From the NCBI GenBank assembly GCA_963732385.1, contig CAVSZB010000002.1, forward strand, positions 218,984 to 282,983: a stretch of 64,000 nt of DNA, read 5' to 3'. The position numbers and the translations under genes were made by a program. Of the stretch, positions 57,080 through 64,000 are shown one piece after another (the first letter of the stretch is position 1; every line of letters starts with the position of its first letter). The notes under the pieces were generated by a model. That model ran no database searches, was not told where the DNA came from, and worked only from the letters and a program-made list of their open reading frames with translations. This DNA comes from an uncultured bacterium. GTDB lineage: Bacteria; Krumholzibacteriota; Krumholzibacteriia; LZORAL124-64-63.

Positions 57080-59110
57080 TCAGCGGATCACCTCGAAGGC
57101 GTCGAGCTCCACGCGCTCACGGCCGGCCGTCCCCAGCACGAGGATCCGGACCACGTGTGAGCCGGACGATCCCCAGTTGCGGCGCCACACGGGACGCGAA
57201 GGCTGGGTCGTCGACGCACCGAGGCTCACGGTGGACGCCAGGACGCCGTCAACCCACACCTGTGCGAACCCCTGCGCGGGCGCCCGTCGGGCGAACCATG
57301 CGACGGCGCGCCCGGTGAACCGGAACACCGTCACCGACCCGCCGGCACCCGTAGCCCGCACCGCGCCACCCGATGCGCCGGGGGCCGCTTCCCTGATCCA
57401 CCCCGGCGACCACGTGATGGAGCGCGAGGTCTCCTGGTGAAGGCTGGCCCGCACGGTTGGCCCGTACACCCAGCCGCTCCAGTTGCCGGCCCGGTCACGG
57501 GCACGCACCCGGAATTGATACGTCGAACCCGCGCGGAACCGCCGGTCGATCGCGGTCGCCTTGTTGCTCGGCAGCGCGACGGACACGTAGCGCCGCCCAT
57601 CGCGGCTCACCTGCAGCTGGTAGCGGGCGATCCCGGTTCCTTTGTCGCTCCCGGTCCAGGCGACCTGGACCGGCCGGACGTCCGCGGTCGGCGTGAGCGC
57701 GGAGCCGACTCGCGCGATCGGCGCCGTGACCGTCGGCTTCCGACGATCGCTCAGGGGGTCGTACTGCGAGCGCCAGCGCTTCAGGCCCCGCTCGCGAACC
57801 CACCCCGCCACCCATGGCCCACTGGTCACCGGACGGCACGTGAACGACGTCCCCCCGGTCTTGTGCTGATCCTTGTACCCGGGCGGAGGACCGTCCACGA
57901 ACCCGCCGCTCGGATCGCACCAGAACTGACCGTCCTGGGGCGGCGAACCACCCCCCGAGGCAAACAAGCGGTACGTCACGGCTTCGCCCACGGCGGCCAT
58001 GGTGTCCGACGGCAGCAGGTAGTAGACGGGGATGTTCGACTCTCGGACGTGCCGATCGGTCGACCCCAGCGCCGCGGTGAAGGAAGTCGCCTCCGAGAGG
58101 AACGTCCCCGGGGTGCAGTCGCTCGCCGAGTCGACGGCGATGCACAGGCTCCACGTGTACCCTCGCGGCGACGTCCACGGGAGGGTGAATGTCCATTCGG
58201 TGCAGACGCCGTCCACCGGTGAGCGCGTGGTCTTGATCTCCGCGTAGTGCTCGTTGTGGTTCGCGTCGAGCCGCGTCTCGTCGCCCCGGACGAGGGTCCA
58301 GTGGCAGAACGCGCCGCTGGGAGCCCGGTACCCGCCCTGGTAGACGGCCGGATCGTGAAGAGCTCCCCGGTCACGGCCGGCCGTGGGAACTCGAAGAGGG
58401 CCGGGATCTCGCCCTCTTCCCACCTCGGCGTCACCGTGATCTCGGTCGAAGCAACGGCGGAGAAGTTTCCCGCGCGATCGGAGAACCTGACGTGCAACGT
58501 GCGCTGGCCCGTACGCCAGCTGCCACCGGCATCGAGGAGGCGCGCGTCGACGTCCGCGCCGGCGGGGTCCACGTCCAGCCAGCGGCTGCCGTCGAAGCTG
58601 TACTCGGCATGGTTGATCCCGCTGCCCGTGTCGACGGCGTCGGCGAGGGCCCAGACCTTCCAGCCGAGCGCGCCGGCCCGGTAGATCGTCGGAACCGACG
58701 GCGGCGCGCGGTCGAGGAGGATCGATGCCATGCCCACGTCCGCCAGGGCCCCATCGCGTCGCCAGCCTCGACAAGGACGACCTTCTCGCCGTCCTCGTCG
58801 ATGCCGCCGGCTCGGGCGTCGGTGAGGACCAGCGGGAACGTCGTCGCGTACGGGACCTCCAACCATGTCGCGCCGCCGTCCAGGGTCAGCCGGCGATGGA
58901 CTCGGACCCCACCGGCGGGGGCACGGCGACCGCGACGGTGGCAACGCGAGTGACGGAAGCGTCGCCGTCGAGGTGAACGGTTCCGGCAGCGGCCGCACCG
59001 AGGGAGGCGACATCCGCCGGATCGAGTGCGGCAGGTGTCGCCGCAGCAGTCGCGCTCGGCGCAGAGAGGATCAGCACGGCGATGATGGCGACCGCAGAGC
59101 GGACTCGCAT
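57080..59110 (-). CDS. Large secreted beta-rich protein with FN3-like C-terminal domain (several frameshifts)
   Basis: Signal peptide MRVRSAVAIIAVL; D..SGI...EYSFDG; GSDKGTGIARYQLQVS..YQFRVRARDRAGNWS.W; RVELDAFEV. Confidence 0.7.
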
Positions 59111-59298
59111 CGGCCTGCCCTCCGTTGCGACCGGCCCGCGAGCAATCACGCCGCCGGACTGGTGGATCGTGGTCGCCCGCAGCGGACTGCAGCACGGGCC
59201 GTTCGTCACCTCCCGGCACGAAGACGGCACGCACCTCGCGCGCGGATGGTGCCGGGGCGCACCCGCGGGCACGCTCCGCGCTCCGCTACACTCGCGTC

Positions 59299-59526
59299 AT
59301 GAAGGCGATGTACCACGCGGACGACCTCGCGGCGATGGATCCGCTGGTCCTGATGAAGAACCTGTACGACGTCCGGATGACGAGCCGCCGGCTCAGCTAC
59401 ATCCTCCAGCAGCAGGTCCACCTGTACACGCCGCAGGCGAACGAGCTGCGCGAGCAGATCGACACGTACGTCGAGGCCGAGCGCCAGATCGAAGGCGAGA
59501 TGGCCCGCCGCCAGATCCGCGCGTAG
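59299..59526 (+). CDS. Small helical hypothetical protein (75 aa)
   Basis: Strong GC3 bias; TACACT -10 six nt before ATG. Confidence 0.75.
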   Translation: MKAMYHADDLAAMDPLVLMKNLYDVRMTSRRLSYILQQQVHLYTPQANELREQIDTYVEAERQIEGEMARRQIRA

Positions 59527-59822
59527 TCAGGCGACCGCGGCGACCGACCGGCTCCTGGCACGGCGGTCCGCGTCCACCGCCGCCCGCTGTCCTCGATGAC
59601 CGCCGCGGCCAGCGACGCCAGCGCCCGCGTGCCGTAGAGGCTGAACCCGATCCCCCGCTCCTCGAGGTCCGCGAAGTCGTAGCCGCGGAATAGGCCGCGG
59701 TGGCGACCGCCCACATTGTCGTAGAGCTCGGGCCACCCGACCCGGCGGCGAGTCCGGCAGAACCTGACGAACTCGACTGCGTCAGGGTCCGCTCCGTCGA
59801 GCGCACGGGCACACGTATTCAT
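59527..59822 (-). CDS. Small hypothetical protein (probable indels)
   Basis: SD GGAGAGG; EFVRFC..WPELYD..MWAVA..GLFRGY..DL..GIGFSL. Confidence 0.55.
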
Positions 59823-60030
59823 TGATGACCTCTCCTCCCGCGCACGGCGCGGCTCGCCCGCGACGCGTGCGGGCTCGTGGACGATCTGGGGCCCTGCGAC
59901 CACCGCGGGTTCGGGTGGTCCGATCGCAGCGCCGGGGCTCGTCGCGGATCCCCGGCCTGCCGCCGCTCGCTCTCCCTGGCGTCCGGCGACTCCCCAATGC
60001 TAGCCTCCCGGGGACCCAAGGCGAAGGCCG

Positions 60031-60115
60031 TTGTCCACCAACCCACCCACCGACTTTTCCACAGGAACAGGCGTTCGGTGGACCGGCCGGGGGTAACCCG
60101 GGAGTCCGTGGACAG
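60031..60115. promoter_or_regulatory. Cluster of four DnaA-box-like 9-mers
   Basis: TTGTCCACC and TTTTCCACA on +; CGGTCCACC and CTGTCCACG on -. Confidence 0.45.
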
Positions 60116-60220
60116 GATCAGGCGCACGGCCCTTGACAGCTCCTGCCGCCGCTCGAGCCGCGGCCCCGCCGGTCGTCTCCATCCGCCGTCCCGGGCCGCG
60201 TCGGGCCCGTCCGGCGCCGG

Positions 60221-61291
60221 TCAGGCCCGGCCCGCCACCCCGAGGCCCGGCGCATCCGTCAACACCCAGCGGCAGTCCGCTCCCAGCTCGAGTCCGACGA
60301 ACGGGTCGTCGGCCAGGAGCAGGCAACCGTCGAGATCGACCCACTCGGCGAGCGAGGCGACGGCCGCCGACGCTGCGATGCCGACGCTTGTCTCCTCCAT
60401 GCAGCCGAGGAACGTGCGGAAGCCAAGCTGGCGGGCCCGCGTCAGCATGCGAGCCGCCGCCCCGACCCCGCCGCACTTGGCGAGCTTCACGTTCACGCCT
60501 TCGACGATCCCGACGAGGGCGTCGAGATCCTCGATCGACACGGCGCTCTCGTCGGCGACGATCGGCAAAGGGGAAGCCGCCGGAGGTCGAGGAGCCAGTC
60601 GTAGCGACGAGCCGGGAACGGCTGCTCGATAAGCTCGACGCCGAGCTCGCACGAGGCGCGGCAGGAGCGCGGCGGCCGTCTCCGGGTCCAGCCGGTGTTC
60701 GCGTCGACCCGCAGCGGACCCCCGTAGACGGCCCGAACGGCCTCGAGCGTCGCGAGGTCGGCCGGTCCGCCCACCTTGATCTTGAGAGCCGGAAAGCGCG
60801 CGGCGCGGCGGGCCCGCTCGGCCACGACCCCCGGCTCATCGAGGCCGAGCGTGAAGTCGGTCGGCGGGATCTCGGGCGACAGTCCGAGGAGGCGGTGGAC
60901 CGGCGTCCCGGTCGCCTTCCCGGCGAGGTCGTGGAGGGCGATGTCGATGGCGCATTTCGCCGCCCCGTGGCCGCGGATCGCGACGTCGAAGGCCGAACCG
61001 ATGGCTGCCAGCGAGACGGCCGCGGCGTCGGGCGACGACGTGTCCAGGTCGGCCGGGCCGACCGCGTCGAGCAGATGGTCCATGACGACGGGCAGTGTCG
61101 CGAGCGTCTCGCCGTAGTACGCGTCCGGGTAGGCCTCGCCGAGGCCGACGAGCCCGGGAGGCGCTCCGACCGCAGCTCGACGACGAGCGTCGACATCGCA
61201 CCACCGGCGCCATGGAAGTCGCGGGCGATCCGGAAGGATCGCGGTACGGGATGCGGAGGACGCGGCCGCGAAGGTCCCAGCCGGGCCTCAT
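60221..61291 (-). CDS. Dipeptide (L-Ala-D/L-Glu) epimerase, enolase superfamily (frameshifts)
   Basis: AIDIALHDL, KIKVG, RVDANTGW, IEQP, ADES, KLAKCGG, GCMEE, DLDG. Confidence 0.9.
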
Positions 61292-62409
61292 CGGACTGCT
61301 CCCGGCACGCCGGCAGCCCCGACCCAGGGCAAGGCCTCCACCCCCCGTCTCGTCGCCGCCCACAGGCCCGCACCGCCGAAGCGGACCGGGTCGTCGGCCG
61401 GCAGTCCCGTCTCCGTCGCGACCGCGTCGATCGCCCGCCGCGCGTCGGCGTCGTCCGCGTGAAGCGAGGTGTTGACGGCGATCGCGACGACCTTCGAGGG
61501 TGCCACCGACGCCGCGACATGCTCGTGGAGCTCGACGAACCCGGGCAGGTCGGCAACCGGGAACGAGCGTTCCGGGACGTGGTCGAACTCCTTGTCGCGC
61601 TGCCCGGCCCGATGAACGAGGACCATCGCGTGGGGCGTCGCGCCATGGATGAGCCCCAGGGTGACCGGCGCTGTAGGCCGGGTGGTCGAGCGAGCCCTGG
61701 CCCTCGACGATGACCCAGTCGCCCAGGCGCTCGCCTTCTTCGACGAGCCATTCCACCGTGCCGTTGAGGAAGTCGCTGATGACGCGGTCCACCGCCACTC
61801 CCCAACCGTCGATCATCATCCCGGTCTGGCCCGTCGGGACGAACGAGACCCGGTCGCCACCGGCCAGCGCAGCGTTTCGCAGCTCCAGCGCAACCGACAT
61901 CTTGCCGATCGCGCAGTCGGTTCCGACCGTCAGGAGCACCCGCGACCCGGGTCGATGCAGGCGCCCGACGGCGGACTCGAATTGCTCGGCGGCCGTCGGT
62001 AGTCGACGATCCGGACGCCGGCGATCGCGGCCGCCGCCGACGAGGCTCGGGGTCGTCGCCGAGGAACGGGCGGAGCCCCGAGTGGAGCTCGAGGCCGGCG
62101 TCGATCGCGGCGTGGAGGACGACGTGCCAGCTGTCCGGGGAGGCGGCCGCCCGTCGGCGCGATGCCGATGAGCAGCGTGTCCGGCCGCGGCCTGGCCGGC
62201 AGGTCCAGCGCCTCCCCCAGCGAGGCGACGATCGGGATGTCGTGGCCGGGGAGCCAGTCCGCCACGTTGCGCCCGGCCAGCGTGGAGTCGAGGACCGCCA
62301 CGACCTCGTCCCGCCCGTAGCGGATCACGCCGAACGCCGTCTTGCCGGAGTGCGGGGCGAACTGGCCCTCGGTCAGGATCACGAGCCGCCGCGGTGCCTG
62401 GGGTCGCAT
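61288..62409 (-). CDS. DUF1611 domain protein (P-loop) (frameshifts)
   Basis: GKTAFGVIRY, VGTDCAIGKM, TGQTG, VEGQGSLDHPAY; this family is usually found beside the epimerase. Confidence 0.9.
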
Positions 62410-62520
62410 CTCGCCTCCGTTCGGGGACGCAGGGTTCGCGTCGGCAGCGGCGCAGCCGCACCGTCGTCCGCGGAAAGGGTAACGCCCCCGGGGCGCGGAC
62501 CGGGGCGTCGGAGTGTGCGG

Positions 62521-62597
62521 TGGTACCGCATACCGGATTCGAACCGGTGATCTCCGCCTTGAGAGGGCGGCGTCCTAGGCCTCTAGACGAATGCGGC
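62521..62597 (-). tRNA. tRNA-Glu(CTC)
   Basis: GCCGCATTCGTCTAGAGGCCTAGGAC..CCGCC-CTCTCAA-GGCGG..GGTTCGAATCC..CCA. Confidence 0.95.
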
Positions 62598-62679
62598 ATG
62601 GTCCACGGGAGAGCCCGCGACCGGCGACGAGGATACCAGAGGCCTCGCCGGCCGGAGAGCGGCGCCCCGGGGCCAGTCG

Positions 62680-63571
62680 CTACAGGCGATGGGCCTCCAG
62701 GAAGGACCGCACCCGCTCGGCGACCTGGCGATGTCCCTCCTCGGCGAGGACGAGCCCGTAGTGCGAGGCCGCGCCGAACTGCTCGTGCTCCGCCCCGAGC
62801 CAGTCCGCGAGCCGCTCGGCCGCGAGGGCGGCGGCGGCGCCGTCCACCCCCGAGCCGATGACGAGCGTCGGGACGCCCTCGAGGAGCTCCGCCGAATGGG
62901 CACGCCCCCAGTATCGCAGCCCGGGCTCGGCCGGCCTCGTGCGGCTTCTGGCCGAGGAGGTGCTGGATCCGGAGGACGTCGTCGAGCGTCAGGTCCCGGT
63001 TCTCGCGCTGGAGCTTCTCCGGCAGCCGATCCCAGCCGATCACGGAACGACCGTAGGCGACCCGGCACGTCGCGGATCTCATGGGGCCGTGCCGGAGGCC
63101 GGAGACCTGCCGGCGTCTCGGCGTCGAGGAGGACGAGCCCGGCCACGCGGGAGCGCTGGCGGCCGCCTTCAGGACGAGGAGGCCTCCCATGCCGTGGCCG
63201 ATCGCCACGGCGCCGGGCCCGACCCGCTCGAGGCCTGCGACGACGTCCTCCAGGTAGGTCTCGAACGACAGCGTCTGGGGGTTGACCATCCGGCTCCAGT
63301 AGTGGCTCTGGAGGTTGAGGGCATGGCCTTCCCAGCCCCGCGCCGCGAAGTAGCGCAGCCAGCGCTCCCAGAGCCACGAGCCGGCCAGCTCGCCGTGGAC
63401 GTAGAAGAGCGGCCGGCGCCGCGAGCGCCGCCTCGGGAGCCAGCTCTCGATGTAGAGCCCGCGCTCGTCGAGCTCCATCTCGTCCTTGCGGACGGGACGG
63501 CCGCCCGATGTCGCCGCCGGGTGCGGGGCCGGCGGGCGCGGCCAGTCGCGGTCAAGCGGATCGTCGTTCAT
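62680..63571 (-). CDS. Alpha/beta hydrolase fold protein (frameshifts)
   Basis: FYVHG..GSWLW..GW..HALNL; elbow reads IGHGMGG; C-terminal SHY. Confidence 0.8.
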
Positions 63572-63572
63572 C

Positions 63573-64000
63573 TCACCACTCGAGCGGGTTGAGGACAAGG
63601 CCGCTGAGCGGCTTCGGGTAGAAGTAGGTGCTCTTCTGGGGCATCACGTCGCCCTCGCGAGCCACGGCCTCGATGTCGGCGACCGGCGTGCCCTCGAGGA
63701 GGAATGCTGCGTCGGCGCCGTCGACCCGGCCGTCGACCCAGGCGATCGCCTCCGCGGCGTCCTTCGTGTAGGCGACGCGACCTCCGCTCGTGGTCGCCCC
63801 GCGGTCGATGCCGCAGAGCCGCTCGAGCGCGGCGGCAAGGAGGCTCACGTCGAGCCGGCGCAGCGCCTCTCCGCCGGGCGGCAGGAGATCGGCAAACGCC
63901 TCGCGCCGGGCGAACATCACGGCCCCGCCGGCCCGCGTCCACAGCCCGATCCGGCCCGCCCCGCCGGCCCCGCCGCTTCCGGACAGATAAGTGTATGGGG
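63573..64000 (-). CDS. DUF1015 family protein, C-terminal part (partial)
   Basis: G..MPQKSTYFYPKPLSGL C-terminal signature. Confidence 0.85.
   Translation of the reverse strand, partial: PYTYLSGSGGAGGAGRIGLWTRAGGAVMFARREAFADLLPPGGEALRRLDVSLLAAALERLCGIDRGATTSGGRVAYTKDAAEAIAWVDGRVDGADAAFLLEGTPVADIEAVAREGDVMPQKSTYFYPKPLSGLVLNPLEW

Noticed and set aside
59111..59290. Riboswitch in this intergenic region or at 52740-52940
   Set aside because: No recognisable c-di-GMP, c-di-AMP, cobalamin, SAM or glycine core motifs.
63980..64000. AT-richer end GGACAGATAAGTGTATGGGG as a dif half-site or IS end
   Set aside because: Truncated by the window edge, lacks a XerD arm and lies within the DUF1015 reading region; cannot be judged.

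Overview
Very GC-rich, gene-dense bacterial chromosomal window. The gene style suggests Chloroflexota (possibly Limnocylindria) or an actinobacterium-like lineage; this is inference only. It holds about 65 CDS and three tRNAs (Lys-CTT, Arg-TCT, Glu-CTC). I found no rRNA, CRISPR array, integrase or transposase. Recognisable genes include carA/carB, folE, trxA, meaB with a stand-alone B12-binding mutase subunit, thiolase, 3-hydroxyacyl-CoA dehydrogenase, aldehyde dehydrogenase, tyrosine phenol-lyase, ornithine aminotransferase, an M16 peptidase pair, two ECF sigma/anti-sigma modules and an orphan DNA methyltransferase. Many genes, especially at 10-26 kb and 57-63 kb, are broken by small indels that look like long-read errors, so some coordinates are approximate. 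The strongest leads are: a tandem-duplicated PyrR-type RNA loop over the SD upstream of carA; an ArsR-type regulator with two matching palindromic operators bracketing its gene; a three-gene zinc-ribbon/tandem-PH-like operon of unknown function; a hairpin-rich non-coding stretch at 40.7-41.1 kb (candidate structured RNA); a DnaA-box-like cluster at 60.0-60.1 kb; a stand-alone CarH/AerR-type B12 domain; CTGA stop/start overlaps suggesting CUG initiation; and pervasive leaderless promoters.
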